The notes: generated by a model not told the origin, from the sequence alone. DNA of 64,000 bases from Bacteroidota bacterium (GCA_022561875.1 JADFQJ010000008.1:8638-72637); one strand, 5' to 3'; positions 10,577-23,050 are shown, counted from the stretch's first letter. Translations and numbers: made by a program.

Positions 10577-13500
10577 TTGAAAAACATTCTGAGATATATT
10601 ATTGTTGGGATAATAATGTTATGGTTTGGGCTTTCTCAGGTCTTTACCAGGACTATTAACTCATTTTACACGGGCAACCCCAATTTCTTTCTTTGGAAAG
10701 CACTGCCTCAGGATACAACAAGAAAGGATACTACGGCAGTTGATCTGCGTTTTCCATTTAACGACTATTCCGGCAACCCCTACATCCAGGAAGCACAATC
10801 GGGATTATACCTGAAACTTCCTTCAAATATTAGTTCAATAGTAACCTATGATCCTGAAAAGAATGAGTATATTCTTCAGGACAAGATCGGTGATTTCAAT
10901 TACCGGACGCCTGTTTACATGACCCTGGAGGAATATAAAAAATTCAAGTTTGAACAATCAGTGAGAAAATACTGGCAGGAACGGTCCAGTGGTGAGGGTA
11001 CTGATTATCATCCATCATTCCTGCCAAAACTCCAGTTTGGAGTTGAGGGTATTGATAAAGTGTTTGGCAGCAACACCATTAACATCATTCCCCAGGGATC
11101 AGCAGAGCTGATATTTGGGATTAATACTTCAAGAATTGATAACCCCTCCCTTTCTGAACGGCTTAGAAAGGTAACTACTTTCGATTTCCAGGAGAAGATA
11201 CAAATGAATGTTACAGGAACCATTGGCGATAAGATGCGATTGGGTGTGAATTATAATACAGAAGCTACCTTTGATTTTGAGAATGAAACCAAACTTGAAT
11301 ACTCAGGGAAAGAAGATGAAATCATCAAAAAAATTGAAGCCGGTAATGTTACTTTACCGCTTAGCGGGTCTCTTATTACAGGTAGCCAAAGCTTGTTTGG
11401 ACTGAAGACTGAACTTCAATTCGGAAAACTTACCGTTACTAATGTCTTTTCGCAGCAGAGAGGGGAAACTTCGGTTATCGAAGTGAAGGGGGGTGCCCAA
11501 CTCAATACTTTTGAAATAAATTCTGATGAATACGAGGCCAATAAACACTTTTTCCTGTCACAATATTTCCGGGATGTTTATAATAGTGCTATGAAAAACC
11601 TGCCTGTGATTAACTCAGGTGTAAATATTGAGCGGATAGAGATATGGGTAACTAACAAGTCAAACAGGTTTGAAGACTCACGGAATGTTTTGGCCTTTTT
11701 AGATCTTGCGGAATCACAAGTAAATATTTACAATACAATTCCTGCATTCGGACAAACCGGCCCGGGTCCATATCCAAATAATGATTTAAATGGGATATAC
11801 CAGGAAATGGTAAATAACTACCAGGAGGTCAGGGATATTAACCAGGTAACTAATACTCTTGCGCCTTTCGCCCCTGGTTTTTCAATTGGACAGGACTATG
11901 AGAAGATCGAAAATGCCCGGAAACTTACTACACGTGAATATAACCTTAATAAACAACTTGGATATATCTCACTGAATGCAGCACTTAATGCTGACCAGAT
12001 TCTGGCTGTTGCTTACGAATATACCTTGAATGGAAAGGTTTACAGGGTTGGTGAATTTTCTGCCGAGGTGGGAGCTCCTAACACTCTGATTATAAAACTA
12101 ATAAAAGGCACTATTTTAACACCACGACTTCCTTCCTGGGATCTGATGATGAAAAATGTTTACGCAATTGGTGCCTACCAGGTGAAAGAGCAGGACTTTG
12201 AATTGAATATTCTGTATCAGGATGATGAAACCGGTAATGCAATAAATTACCTTCCTGAAGGTAAGCTGAGTGACCAGATTTTGTTGCAGGTTCTGAACCT
12301 TGATAATATAGATTCACACCTTGAACCTTTACCCGACGGGAAATTTGATTTCATAAGTGGTATAACTATCCTGCCTGCCTCCGGGAGGATCATCTTTCCG
12401 GTACTTGAACCGTTCGGACAGTATCTGCGGCAAAAGATCGGGGATGATGCCATTGCCGACAAGTATGTTTTTGAAGAGCTGTACGATTCTACACAAGTAA
12501 TAGCACAACAGATTGCAGATAAAAATAAGTTCAAAATTGTCGGCACCTACTCTTCTTCATCAAGTTCAGATATCCAGCTCAATGCTATGAATGTGTCCCA
12601 GGGATCGGTAAAAGTTACGGCGGGAGGTATACTGTTACAGGAAAATGTGGATTATACGGTGGATTATAATCTTGGCCGTGTAAAGATCATTAACGATGGA
12701 CTACTTGAATCACAAACCCCGATAAGAATTTCTCTTGAGAGTAACCAGCTTTTTAGTATCCAGACAAAAACTTTACTGGGAACACATTTGGATTATCGTT
12801 TTTCAGAAAATTTCAATATCGGGGCAACAATGTTGAATCTTATTGAAAGACCTCTGACACAGAAGGTGAGCTTTGGTGATGAGCCGATATCTAATACTAT
12901 ATGGGGAATTAATACCTCTTACTATACTGAATCCAGGTTTCTAACAAGTTTAATTGATAAGATCCCTTTTCTCGAAACAAAAGAACGATCCAGCATTACT
13001 TTCACCGGTGAGTTTGCACACCTTATTCCGGGTCATTCAAGGGCAATAGAAAAACAAGGAATTTCGTATATTGATGATTTTGAGGGTAGTGAGATCTCGC
13101 TGGATTTGAAATCAATGAGTGCCTGGGTACTGGCAAGTACCCCACAGGGACAGAATACGTTATTTCCGGAAGCAATATTAAATAATAATCTCGCTTATGG
13201 ATACAACAGGGCAAAACTTGCCTGGTATGTAATTGATCCCCTGTTTCTGAGAAACACATCTATCACTCCTGAACATATCAAGAAGGATCCCGACCTGCAG
13301 TCGAGTCACTATGTAAGAGAGGTATTTGAAAAGGAGATTTTCCCTTACAAGGAAAGTATTACAGGCATACCAACCAATCTGGCGGTATTGAACCTGGCAT
13401 TTTACCCTGACGAAAAAGGCCCCTATAATTTTGACCTTGGAGCATCAGGAATTTCAACAGGGATAAATATCAATGGAAAACTTAAAAATCCCAGATCACG

Positions 13501-16500
13501 ATGGGGCGGGATAATGCGCGAAGTACCAACGAATGATTTTGAGGCTGCCAATATCCAGTTTATTGAATTCTGGTTGATGGATCCCTATAAGGAGAAGGAA
13601 GGACACACAGGAGGAGAGTTGTACTTCAATCTTGGAAATATTTCGGAAGATATTTTAAAGGATTCCAGGAAAAGCTTTGAAAACGGATTACCTACATCTC
13701 CTGTGGTAATTCTGGTAGATACCACCGTCTGGGGAAGGATTCCTATAACACAATCTCTGGTAAATGCTTTTGATAATGATCCTACTTCACGCAGGTATCA
13801 GGATGTGGGGCTTGATGGACTTGGGGATGAGGATGAATTCAGTTTTTTTAAGGATTACCTGGATTCACTGCAAACCATAGTTAATCCTGAGGTATTCACT
13901 GAAATCTCTGCAGATCCGTCGCGCGATAATTTTAATTATTTCAGAGGAAGAAATTACGATGCTGCCAGACTGGGTATTCTTGATAGATATAAAAACTATA
14001 ACGGACTTGAAGGAAACTCTCCAACCTCTGAACAATCAGAGGAATCATATCCAACAACAGGCTCCATATTGCCTAATGTGGAAGATATTAACCGGGACAA
14101 CACTCTCAGTGAGTCTGAAAGTTATTTTCAGTACCGTGTCAGTCTTAGCCCACAGGACATGGAAATCGGAAAAAACCATATTATTGACGTTATATCTGCT
14201 TCAGTTACTTTTGCCAATGGAGAAAAGTCTGAAGTGAATTGGTATCAGTTCAGGATACCGTTGAATAATTATCAGAAAGTTATAGGAAATATCCAGGACT
14301 TCAAATCCATAAGGTTCTTAAGGATGTTTCTTCGCGGATTTGAAGAAGAGGTGATTCTGCGATTTGCTAATCTCGATCTTGTTAGAGGAGAATGGAGAAA
14401 GTATAATTTGTCTCTTCTTGGTGGCGGAGAGAGGATCACCATTCCTGAACCGGCAGAGGCAAGATTTGAAATATCATCTGTAAACATTGAAGAAAATGCG
14501 CATAAGAAACCTGTAAATTATGTATTACCACCCGGAATCAGCCGGGTAATAGATCCTACCAACCCGCAACTCAGGCAATTAAACGAACAATCAATTGTGC
14601 TTAAGGTTCACGACCTTGAAGATGGAGACGCGAAAGCAGCATTTAAAAATGTGAGTCTTGATATAAGGCAATACCGGAGAATTCAAATGTTTGTTCATGG
14701 TGAGGCTTTTATTGATGATCCTTTGTATGATGGCGAACTGACTGTCTTTATGAGACTGGGATCTGATTATAAGGACAATTTTTATGAATATGAAATACCC
14801 TTAAAACTTACCCCTCCGGCCAGCGGGAGATACAATAACGACTTGGAATCTGACAGGAGAATTGTCTGGCCCGAAGAAAATAAGTTTGATATACCTCTTG
14901 AAATATTCCAGGATGCAAAACAGGCAAGAAACAGGGAGTTGAGACGTGATGGTTCCAATCTTAAATATTCTGATGTGTTTGAGTATTATCATGGGAATAA
15001 CAGGGTGAAAGTGTCAGGTAATCCAAATATGAGTAATATCAGGACTATCATGATAGGGGTGAGGAATCCAAAGCGCAGCAGAGACCTTCAGAACGATGAC
15101 GGACAACCTAAATCCGGAGAGGTATGGCTGAATGAGTTACGATTAACAGATTTTAATGAAGAGGGTGGATGGGCGGCTAATGCCCGGCTGCAGGCCAGAC
15201 TTGCTGATTTTGGAACTATTGATTTAGCAGGATCAACAAGTAAACCGGGTTGGGGAAGTATTGAGAAGAAGGTGAATGAGAGGAGTAAGGAAGAGGAACT
15301 GAGGTATGATATATCATCCAATCTTGAGTTGGGAAAATTCTTCCCTGAAAAAGCTAATATCAGGATACCTCTTTATATTGGATATTCTGAAGGAGTGATA
15401 AATCCACAATACAACCCGCTCGATCCGGATATACTGTTAATAGATGCTATTGAAAATGCAGAAACCCAAAAGGAAAGAGATTCGATTATTAATATCTCAC
15501 AAGACTATACACGGCGGAAAAGCATTAATCTTACAAATGTGAGTATTGGTAAGACAGGAGGAAAACCCCATCTGTGGAATATTTCCAACTGGTCAGTCAG
15601 TTATTCATTCAATGAATATTATTCCAGTAGTATTAACACTGAAATTGACCTTGAACGTAATTACCGTGGTGGAATAAACTATGTTTACAATAAAAGCCAG
15701 AAAAATATTGCACCTTTAAAAAAAGTTAAATTTTTAAGATCTCCGGCATTAAGGCTAATCAGAGATTTTAACTTTAACCTTTTCCCCAATTATATATCTT
15801 TCAGAACAGATCTGTACCGGCATTATAATGAGGTAAAAACAAGGAATATCAACAATCCTATGCTCAGAATTAAACCCACATTCAAAAAAGATTTTGAGTG
15901 GAATCGCTTTTATGATGTTAAGTACGACATAACGAAATCACTTAGAGTGGACTTCTCAGCCAACGCCACAGCGAGGATTGATGAACCTGAGGGTGGAGTG
16001 GATAGAAACAGGTACAAAGACCGATACGAGATATGGAAAGATTCAGTGCTTACAAACCTGAAAGATTTTGGAAGAACAACCCGGTATAATCATGTTATCA
16101 ATGCAACCTACCGTATCCCGATCAATAAATTACCTTTTTTAAACTGGGTGTCGGCAACAGCAAGGTATAATGCCACATATAACTGGGATATTGGCCCGGT
16201 ATTTCCTGATACATTTAATATTGAACTGGGTAATACGATCCGTAATTCTAACACAACTCAGCTTAATGGTCAGTTAAATATGGTGAACCTCTATAATAAA
16301 GTGGAATTGCTTAAAAAAATTAATCGGAAGTATAGCGGCAGGAGCCGCCCCAAAAAAGAAATAAAATATGAAACTGTTGTATACAGGAGAGAGCATGTAA
16401 AACTAAAAGCTAATGAACCCAGATCGATCTATCACAAACTGATGACTGAAGAGGTAGATGTCAAAGCTTATGATAACCGGAACCAGGAAATTACAGGTAA

Positions 16501-18013
16501 GGTCGAAGTGGAAAACAACAGGAAGATTACTTTTACAGCCGGTGATGATTATAATGATGTACGATTTGTGATTGAGGGTAAGGTTGAGAAAACAGAGAAT
16601 CCCCTGTTGATCATTGCTGAAAATGCAACGAGATTCTTAATGGGAGTAAGAAATGTTTCGATCTCATATTCAGGTAACAAGGGCACATTATTGCCCGGAT
16701 TTATGCCGCATGCAAATTATATGGGGATGAACCAATATAAGGGTCAACTGGCGCCGGGCTGGTTGTTTATTATGGGATTCCAGGACCGGGGGTTTGCAGA
16801 AAAAGCTGTCAGGAAAGAATGGCTGACAACGGATACTTTACTAAATACACCATTTGTGCTTACACACACCGATAATTTGAATATCCGCAGCACAATTGAA
16901 CCATTTAACGGACTAAGGATAGACCTGACAGCAAACAGAAGATTTTCCCGGAATGAAAATGCCTATTTTATTGCCAACAGATATGGGAATTTCCCGGAGA
17001 GTACAAGAAATATAATGACAACCGGGAACTTTAGTATGACAACATTAACGTGGGGTACTGCATTTGAGAAGATAAAAAGTAATAACCAATATAACTCAGA
17101 AAATTTTAACCGGTTTAAGGAATATACCAGGATCATCTCAAGACGGCTGGCTGAGAGAAGAGAAGAGGCTGATAATAGCTATGCGCCCGGTGATAACGAA
17201 TATATGAATGGCTATGATATTACATCCCAGGAAGTGCTGATCCCTGCTTTTCTTGCTGCCTATTCAGGAAAGGACCCTGCGAAAATACCCCTCACTGCAT
17301 TTCCCTCTATCTGGGGAATAATGCCCAACTGGAGAATAACTTATGACGGGTTATCAAGACTTGATTTCGTACAGAAATATTTTCGTTCTGTCAGCATTAG
17401 CCATGCTTACCGCTCTTCATTCAATATCGGTGCATACAGCACTAACCTTTTGTATCTTGAGGATGAGGATGGTCTGAACCATATAAGGGATGTACAGGAT
17501 AATTTTATTACCAGAGATGAAGTTGCAACAGCTACAATAAATGAGCAGTTCAGCCCGCTGGTTAATATCGATTTGAATTTCAAGAACAGTCTTACAGCAC
17601 GTGTGGAAATAAAGAAATCCAGAACACTGGCTCTGAGTTTATCAAACAATCAGATTACCGAAGTTAAAAGTGATGAATTAATTATAGGGCTTGGGTATCG
17701 TTTTGATGAAGTCCAGCTTATTATCCGGCTTGGCGGAAGTGAAAGAGAACTGAAAAGTGATCTGAATCTTAGAGCCGATCTCTCTATTCGTGATAATAAA
17801 ACAATTATCAGAAAACTGATTGAGGATGTGGATCAACCTACTGCAGGGCAACGTATTGTTAGTATTAAGACCACTGCTGATTATGTGCTCAGCGACAGGT
17901 TTAACCTGAGTCTTTTCTTTGACAGAGTAGTAAATAATCCTTTTGTTGCTTCATCCTACCCGACAGCCAATACCAATTTTGGGTTTAGTATTCGGTTTAC
18001 ACTTGCACAATAA
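10577..18013 (+). CDS. sprA: Type IX secretion system translocon / gliding motility protein SprA
   Basis: 2478-aa single ORF with a TTG start and a signal-anchor N-terminus. Its size, beta-rich composition and position between ruvA and gcvH fit SprA of Bacteroidota. Confidence 0.85.
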   Translation: MKNILRYIIVGIIMLWFGLSQVFTRTINSFYTGNPNFFLWKALPQDTTRKDTTAVDLRFPFNDYSGNPYIQEAQSGLYLKLPSNISSIVTYDPEKNEYILQDKIGDFNYRTPVYMTLEEYKKFKFEQSVRKYWQERSSGEGTDYHPSFLPKLQFGVEGIDKVFGSNTINIIPQGSAELIFGINTSRIDNPSLSERLRKVTTFDFQEKIQMNVTGTIGDKMRLGVNYNTEATFDFENETKLEYSGKEDEIIKKIEAGNVTLPLSGSLITGSQSLFGLKTELQFGKLTVTNVFSQQRGETSVIEVKGGAQLNTFEINSDEYEANKHFFLSQYFRDVYNSAMKNLPVINSGVNIERIEIWVTNKSNRFEDSRNVLAFLDLAESQVNIYNTIPAFGQTGPGPYPNNDLNGIYQEMVNNYQEVRDINQVTNTLAPFAPGFSIGQDYEKIENARKLTTREYNLNKQLGYISLNAALNADQILAVAYEYTLNGKVYRVGEFSAEVGAPNTLIIKLIKGTILTPRLPSWDLMMKNVYAIGAYQVKEQDFELNILYQDDETGNAINYLPEGKLSDQILLQVLNLDNIDSHLEPLPDGKFDFISGITILPASGRIIFPVLEPFGQYLRQKIGDDAIADKYVFEELYDSTQVIAQQIADKNKFKIVGTYSSSSSSDIQLNAMNVSQGSVKVTAGGILLQENVDYTVDYNLGRVKIINDGLLESQTPIRISLESNQLFSIQTKTLLGTHLDYRFSENFNIGATMLNLIERPLTQKVSFGDEPISNTIWGINTSYYTESRFLTSLIDKIPFLETKERSSITFTGEFAHLIPGHSRAIEKQGISYIDDFEGSEISLDLKSMSAWVLASTPQGQNTLFPEAILNNNLAYGYNRAKLAWYVIDPLFLRNTSITPEHIKKDPDLQSSHYVREVFEKEIFPYKESITGIPTNLAVLNLAFYPDEKGPYNFDLGASGISTGININGKLKNPRSRWGGIMREVPTNDFEAANIQFIEFWLMDPYKEKEGHTGGELYFNLGNISEDILKDSRKSFENGLPTSPVVILVDTTVWGRIPITQSLVNAFDNDPTSRRYQDVGLDGLGDEDEFSFFKDYLDSLQTIVNPEVFTEISADPSRDNFNYFRGRNYDAARLGILDRYKNYNGLEGNSPTSEQSEESYPTTGSILPNVEDINRDNTLSESESYFQYRVSLSPQDMEIGKNHIIDVISASVTFANGEKSEVNWYQFRIPLNNYQKVIGNIQDFKSIRFLRMFLRGFEEEVILRFANLDLVRGEWRKYNLSLLGGGERITIPEPAEARFEISSVNIEENAHKKPVNYVLPPGISRVIDPTNPQLRQLNEQSIVLKVHDLEDGDAKAAFKNVSLDIRQYRRIQMFVHGEAFIDDPLYDGELTVFMRLGSDYKDNFYEYEIPLKLTPPASGRYNNDLESDRRIVWPEENKFDIPLEIFQDAKQARNRELRRDGSNLKYSDVFEYYHGNNRVKVSGNPNMSNIRTIMIGVRNPKRSRDLQNDDGQPKSGEVWLNELRLTDFNEEGGWAANARLQARLADFGTIDLAGSTSKPGWGSIEKKVNERSKEEELRYDISSNLELGKFFPEKANIRIPLYIGYSEGVINPQYNPLDPDILLIDAIENAETQKERDSIINISQDYTRRKSINLTNVSIGKTGGKPHLWNISNWSVSYSFNEYYSSSINTEIDLERNYRGGINYVYNKSQKNIAPLKKVKFLRSPALRLIRDFNFNLFPNYISFRTDLYRHYNEVKTRNINNPMLRIKPTFKKDFEWNRFYDVKYDITKSLRVDFSANATARIDEPEGGVDRNRYKDRYEIWKDSVLTNLKDFGRTTRYNHVINATYRIPINKLPFLNWVSATARYNATYNWDIGPVFPDTFNIELGNTIRNSNTTQLNGQLNMVNLYNKVELLKKINRKYSGRSRPKKEIKYETVVYRREHVKLKANEPRSIYHKLMTEEVDVKAYDNRNQEITGKVEVENNRKITFTAGDDYNDVRFVIEGKVEKTENPLLIIAENATRFLMGVRNVSISYSGNKGTLLPGFMPHANYMGMNQYKGQLAPGWLFIMGFQDRGFAEKAVRKEWLTTDTLLNTPFVLTHTDNLNIRSTIEPFNGLRIDLTANRRFSRNENAYFIANRYGNFPESTRNIMTTGNFSMTTLTWGTAFEKIKSNNQYNSENFNRFKEYTRIISRRLAERREEADNSYAPGDNEYMNGYDITSQEVLIPAFLAAYSGKDPAKIPLTAFPSIWGIMPNWRITYDGLSRLDFVQKYFRSVSISHAYRSSFNIGAYSTNLLYLEDEDGLNHIRDVQDNFITRDEVATATINEQFSPLVNIDLNFKNSLTARVEIKKSRTLALSLSNNQITEVKSDELIIGLGYRFDEVQLIIRLGGSERELKSDLNLRADLSIRDNKTIIRKLIEDVDQPTAGQRIVSIKTTADYVLSDRFNLSLFFDRVVNNPFVASSYPTANTNFGFSIRFTLAQ

Positions 18014-18206
18014 AATAAATTCTTTTGAATAAATGAGTAGTTATTTTGGAACATTGGAATAATGGAATGTTGCCTGCCCTGTGACACCTATTCATTTTCC
18101 GGATGAACCATAAATGGACAAAAAAAATTGACAGGTTTATTAAACAAATAATTTTTTTTGTTTAATTTTAGCCTTGGTAAAAAATTAATTACTAAAATCA
18201 CTAATT

Positions 18207-18587
18207 ATGAACATACCTGAAAATTTAAAGTATACCAAGGACCATGAATGGATACGGGTTGAAAATGATGTTGTTTATGTGGGTGTTACAGATTTTGCCC
18301 AGGGTGAGTTGGGAGATGTGGTTTTTGTCGAGATTGAAACAGAAGGTGAAAATCTTAACAGGGAAGAAGTTTTTGGCACTATTGAAGCTGTTAAAACAGT
18401 TTCGGATATGTTTATGCCTTTATCGGGAGAAATTCTTGAGGCAAATCAAAAGATTGAAGACGAACCTGAGCTGGTCAACAAGGATCCTTATGGCGATGGC
18501 TGGATGATCAAAATCTCAATAGCCGATTCATCAGAGCTGGATGATCTCCTGACCCCTGAGCAGTATAAAAACCTGGTTAATCCTTAA
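18207..18587 (+). CDS. gcvH: Glycine cleavage system protein H
   Basis: 126 aa with YTKDHEWI and the lipoyl-lysine block EAVKTVSD. Confidence 0.92.
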   Translation: MNIPENLKYTKDHEWIRVENDVVYVGVTDFAQGELGDVVFVEIETEGENLNREEVFGTIEAVKTVSDMFMPLSGEILEANQKIEDEPELVNKDPYGDGWMIKISIADSSELDDLLTPEQYKNLVNP

Positions 18588-18615
18588 GTATTAAAATTGA
18601 TAAAAATAAAGTAAC

Positions 18616-18650
18616 AGGTTTACCCGTAAAATTGGGTGAACCTTTTTTTT
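18616..18650 (+). terminator. Rho-independent terminator after gcvH
   Basis: AGGTTTACCC (18616-18625) pairs with GGGTGAACCT (18634-18643), followed by T8. Confidence 0.7.
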
Positions 18651-18723
18651 AGTTTAATTTAGAATGATGAAATAAGAAAGGTGAGTAAGTTGAGTAGTTG
18701 AGTAAGGAAGAAGAAGAAAAGTA

Positions 18724-20247
18724 GTGAAAAAACAAAAGAAAATACCGGAAAGTTATTTGATTCCTTTATTAACAGTTGCTTTTATCTTACTTTACCTGGT
18801 ATTTCCCACGAACAATTCTTCCATTGATGCATATTATTATGCAGCATCGGTCAGGTATGGTGATGAATTGTTCCATCCCCACCACCTGTTGTACAATGTA
18901 ACATTCCGTCTCTTTTTTAATTTGCCGTTTTTCAATAATGGAAGAATTGATATTCTATCGGGCATGAAAATGATCAACTCTCTGGTCGGAGGTTTGTGCC
19001 TGTACCTGTTTTCTTTACTTTTAAAAGGAACGGGCCGCTCAACCGGGGAAATCTTCCGGATTATGTTCCTGACAGGATCTTCTTTTACAGTTATGCGATA
19101 CTCGACAGAAAACGAAGTATATCTTTTTACACTTGTTTTTTCACTGGCTGCATCTGTTTTTTTTCATTATTATTTGAATAGCAGAAGTTTGTCAAAGCTC
19201 CTGATCAGTGGTTTACTTGCCTCAATTGCTATCCTTTACCACCAGATTGGTATCTTCTGGTGGTTTGGCTTATTTATGGGGTTGATCATTTTTCACTTTA
19301 ACAGGAGATCAATATTTGTATTCGTAATTACTTTGATACCTGTAATTCTGGTTTATAGTATTGTGGCTTTCAAGCTTCCGGGATATGAAAAGAATTTAAC
19401 AGGAGTATTCCAATTTGCATTAAGAGATTATTTGGCTTCAGGATTTGATAAAACTCCGGGATGGGAGAATTTCTTATTTACGCCGGTAAATTTGATCAGA
19501 AGTTTCATACAGATACATGGATATATATTTATTATGATCGTGAAAAATATCCTCTGGGTCCTGCCTGCACTGGTTTCTCTGTTTTTAGTATCTGTTGCTT
19601 TTCTAAAAAGGAGGGCATTAATAGAAAAAGTAATATTGATGAACCGTTCCCATTTTATCATTCATTTAATGATACTGGTGTTTTATCTTCTATTTGCATT
19701 CATTTCCGAGGGGAATGCTGAGTTTATGGTAATGGTTCCTTTCCTGGGATTCTTATTATTATTCTCAAAGATAAAAATAAGGGATAGAACAATGATACTT
19801 TTTGGGATTGCATTATTGGTTTGGAATGTTTTTTATGGTTTAATTCCCTGCAATAAATTTGAGTTCGCTCATAACGCAATGATTGAATCCTGGATAAAGA
19901 AAAATCCGGATGCTTTGTTTGTATTGAAAGCTGATCAGCAAACTATTAGCAGATTATACTATCAGTCGGGGATTGAAGATTATCCGCAAATAATAAAATC
20001 TCCTTCCTCACTCATCCGGCGAGGCGGGAATATTGAAGATCTTTACAATAAACTGGACAAGTGTATTGACCGGGGGGGGCAAATTTATACTGATTGTATT
20101 GGATATCCTGAAGTGCTGTCGCGGAGAGGGATTGTTGATGCCGGTGAAGATGATTCTTTTTTTGTTAAATATGAATCTATGCCGGTTGATTCTGCAGAGA
20201 CCCTTTTCGGAACATTTTTTCTCAACATGATCGGGAGGCATAAATAA
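18724..20247 (+). CDS. Polytopic membrane protein, possibly a GT-C-fold glycosyltransferase (ArnT/PMT-like)
   Basis: 507 aa with a GTG start and about 11 hydrophobic segments, then a ~130-aa soluble tail. The first loop contains D/Y-rich SIDAYYYAASVRYGDE. The function is inferred only from topology. Confidence 0.45.
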   Translation: MKKQKKIPESYLIPLLTVAFILLYLVFPTNNSSIDAYYYAASVRYGDELFHPHHLLYNVTFRLFFNLPFFNNGRIDILSGMKMINSLVGGLCLYLFSLLLKGTGRSTGEIFRIMFLTGSSFTVMRYSTENEVYLFTLVFSLAASVFFHYYLNSRSLSKLLISGLLASIAILYHQIGIFWWFGLFMGLIIFHFNRRSIFVFVITLIPVILVYSIVAFKLPGYEKNLTGVFQFALRDYLASGFDKTPGWENFLFTPVNLIRSFIQIHGYIFIMIVKNILWVLPALVSLFLVSVAFLKRRALIEKVILMNRSHFIIHLMILVFYLLFAFISEGNAEFMVMVPFLGFLLLFSKIKIRDRTMILFGIALLVWNVFYGLIPCNKFEFAHNAMIESWIKKNPDALFVLKADQQTISRLYYQSGIEDYPQIIKSPSSLIRRGGNIEDLYNKLDKCIDRGGQIYTDCIGYPEVLSRRGIVDAGEDDSFFVKYESMPVDSAETLFGTFFLNMIGRHK

Positions 20248-20284
20248 TTGATTATAAGCAGAACTTTAACACATTTGGATGGTA

Positions 20285-23050
20285 TCAGAGGGTTTTCTTA
20301 ACTTCAAATTCCGTATAAGCTTCAATAGTATCACCCACTTTTATATCGTTGAAATTAGTTACATTAAGTCCGCATTCCAGACCTGAAACCACTTCTTTTA
20401 CATCATCTTTGAATCGTTTCAGGGATCCTAGTTCTCCGGAATACACAACGATCCCGTCCCTGATCACCCTGACTTTCGAAACACGAAGGATCTTCCCTTC
20501 TTTCACCATACATCCTGCAATTGTTCCTGTTTTGGTGATCTTAAATATTTCAAGGATCTCGAGTGTGGCAACTGTTTTTTCTTTTATTTCAGGCGAAAGC
20601 ATCCCTTCCATAGCTGATTTGATTTCTTCAATAGCATCATAGATTATGGAATAAAGTCTGATCTCAATTTCTTCTTTTTCTGCCAGTTTTCTTGCTGCCA
20701 TAGACGGGCGAACCTGGAATCCGATAATCAAGGCATTTGAAGCTGCAGCAAGCAGAATATCTGACTCTGATATTTGTCCTACTGCTTTATGAATAATATT
20801 TACTTGTATCTCCTCAGCAGAAAGTTTAATCAGAGAATCGCTGAGTGCTTCAATCGAACCATCCACATCACCCTTAATAATAATGTTTAACTCCTGGAAG
20901 TTACCGATAGCAATTCGACGTCCTATTTCATCCAGGGTAATATGTTTCTGAGTACGGATACCTTGCTCACGTTGTAATTGACTTCTTCGGGTTGCAATAT
21001 CTCTGGCTTCGCGATTACTGTTCATTATGTTGAAAGTATCACCTGCCTGTGGAGCCCCGTTCAGACCAAGGACAAGAGCAGGTGAAGCAGGTCCGGCTTC
21101 CTCAATGGTTTTTTCTCTTTCGTTGGACATTGCTTTAATGTGGCCATAGTAGCTTCCTGCAAGCATTATGTCACCAACCTTCAGACTTCCGCCATCTACC
21201 AGTACCGTTGCTAAATAACCTCTTCCTTTATCAAGGGATGATTCAAGAATTGTTCCATTTGCATTTCTGTCCGGGTTTGCTTTTAGTTCAAGCATTTCTG
21301 CTTCGAGTAACACTTTTTCCAAAAGCTCATCAATGTTAATTCCACTCTTAGCTGAGATTTCCTGCGATTGATATTTTCCTCCCCAATCTTCAACAAGGAA
21401 ATTTATTTTCGACAACTCTTCTTTCACTTTTTCGACATTTGCTGTCGGTTTGTCGATTTTGTTGATTGCAAAAACTATTGGCACGCCTGCAGCATGAGCA
21501 TGATTAATGGCTTCAACAGTTTGAGGTCTAACGCCATCGTCAGCTGCTATAACAATAATGACAATATCTGTAATTTGAGCACCTCTGGCGCGCATTGCGG
21601 TAAACGCTTCATGCCCCGGAGTGTCAAGAAAAGTTATCCTCCGGCCGTCACCAAGATCCACACCATAGGCGCCAATATGCTGGGTTATTCCACCTGCTTC
21701 TCCTGCAATTACATTTGATTTCCGTATATTATCCAGTAACTTGGTTTTTCCATGGTCAACATGCCCCATAACTGTTACAATAGGCGGACGAGGTTTCAAA
21801 TCTTCTTCACGATCTTCCACTTTTTTAATTGCTTCCTGAACATCCACACTGATAAATTCAACTTCATACCCGAATTCATCAGCTACAAGAGTAATAATTT
21901 CAGCATCAAGTCTTTGATTTATTGAAACTAAGAGTCCGAGATTCATGCACGTTGAAATAATATCATTACTCTCGACATCCATCATAGAAGACAATTCGCT
22001 TACAGATACAAATTCAGTTACTTTGATGACGTTCTTTTCCTTTTCCTGCTTCTTTTCTTTTTCTGCTTGCCTTTTACTTATTGCATCACGTTTTTCACGT
22101 CTGTATTTAGATCCTTTTGATCTGCCTTTTGAAGTAAGTTTAGCAAGGGTTTCTTTTATTTGCTTTTGTACATCCTCCTTATCCACATGAGGACGAATCT
22201 TTTTTACTTTTTCCTTTAAAGCTTTCTGTTTACCTTTTTTCCTTTCCTTGTCCTCAAGGTCAACCTTGCCATGATCCTTTTTAATTCTCCTTCGTTTCTT
22301 TTTCTTCTTTGGTTGCTTATCGGATGAAGTGACCGGCTTTTTCTTCTCTTCTTTTACCGGAAGATCTATCTTACCGACAACTGTAGGTCCTGATAGTTTT
22401 TTAAAATCCGATTTATAAATTTCCTTAATTTCCTCTTTTGAAGGTTTGGTTTCTTCTGTTTCAGCTTCTTTTTCAGGAGCAGATTCTTTTTTCTTCTTTT
22501 TCGATTCCTTTTCAGGTCTGGTTTTTTGATTAATTGGATCGATATCAATTTTACCTGCAACTTTAATATCCTTTTCTTTGTCAGGTTCTTTTTGCAGGTC
22601 AGATTTTTTTTCTTCAACCGCCTTTTCCTCTGGTTCTATTTCTTCAGGTTCCTTTTCGCTGACGGGTTCAATTTCTTTTTCCTCTATCTTATCATCCGGT
22701 TTTCCTATTTCAGAGATAGTACCGCTTACGTCAGTGATTAGTACTTCTTCTTCAGCGGTTTCAGTAATATCCATGGATTCGGTTTCCGTATCTTTATCAT
22801 TGATTAAAGCAACATCCTCACTGGTTTCTTGCAGGTTTCGCATACTTAATTTTTCTGATTCTTTTTTAACTGTAGAGTCAGAACTAAATTCCGAACCGAG
22901 AAATTCATATGCTTCATGGGAAATCTTAGTATTTGGATTAACTTCAATATCAATATTCTTCTTGTGCAGGAATTCAACAATAGTGTTAATCCCTACATTA
23001 AATTCCCTTGCTGCTTTGCTAAGTCTTATTCCTTTTTCCCCTTGTATCAT
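20285..23050 (-). CDS. infB: Translation initiation factor IF-2
   Basis: K/E-rich N-terminal region followed by a GTPase domain ([23 protein letters not shown]) and the IF-2 C-terminal domains. Confidence 0.95.
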   Translation of the reverse strand: MIQGEKGIRLSKAAREFNVGINTIVEFLHKKNIDIEVNPNTKISHEAYEFLGSEFSSDSTVKKESEKLSMRNLQETSEDVALINDKDTETESMDITETAEEEVLITDVSGTISEIGKPDDKIEEKEIEPVSEKEPEEIEPEEKAVEEKKSDLQKEPDKEKDIKVAGKIDIDPINQKTRPEKESKKKKKESAPEKEAETEETKPSKEEIKEIYKSDFKKLSGPTVVGKIDLPVKEEKKKPVTSSDKQPKKKKKRRRIKKDHGKVDLEDKERKKGKQKALKEKVKKIRPHVDKEDVQKQIKETLAKLTSKGRSKGSKYRREKRDAISKRQAEKEKKQEKEKNVIKVTEFVSVSELSSMMDVESNDIISTCMNLGLLVSINQRLDAEIITLVADEFGYEVEFISVDVQEAIKKVEDREEDLKPRPPIVTVMGHVDHGKTKLLDNIRKSNVIAGEAGGITQHIGAYGVDLGDGRRITFLDTPGHEAFTAMRARGAQITDIVIIVIAADDGVRPQTVEAINHAHAAGVPIVFAINKIDKPTANVEKVKEELSKINFLVEDWGGKYQSQEISAKSGINIDELLEKVLLEAEMLELKANPDRNANGTILESSLDKGRGYLATVLVDGGSLKVGDIMLAGSYYGHIKAMSNEREKTIEEAGPASPALVLGLNGAPQAGDTFNIMNSNREARDIATRRSQLQREQGIRTQKHITLDEIGRRIAIGNFQELNIIIKGDVDGSIEALSDSLIKLSAEEIQVNIIHKAVGQISESDILLAAASNALIIGFQVRPSMAARKLAEKEEIEIRLYSIIYDAIEEIKSAMEGMLSPEIKEKTVATLEILEIFKITKTGTIAGCMVKEGKILRVSKVRVIRDGIVVYSGELGSLKRFKDDVKEVVSGLECGLNVTNFNDIKVGDTIEAYTEFEVKKTL

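Noticed and set aside
10626-17649. About a dozen 60-100 aa ORFs nested inside or antisense to sprA (for example 11008..11223, 12247..12546, 13959..14237).
   Set aside because: They lie wholly within a 2478-aa ORF with a coherent SprA-like translation. Their products are low-complexity or shadow-frame in character. The same reasoning applies to the nested ORFs inside infB, maeB, susC, the PLD-like gene, the VIT gene and others.
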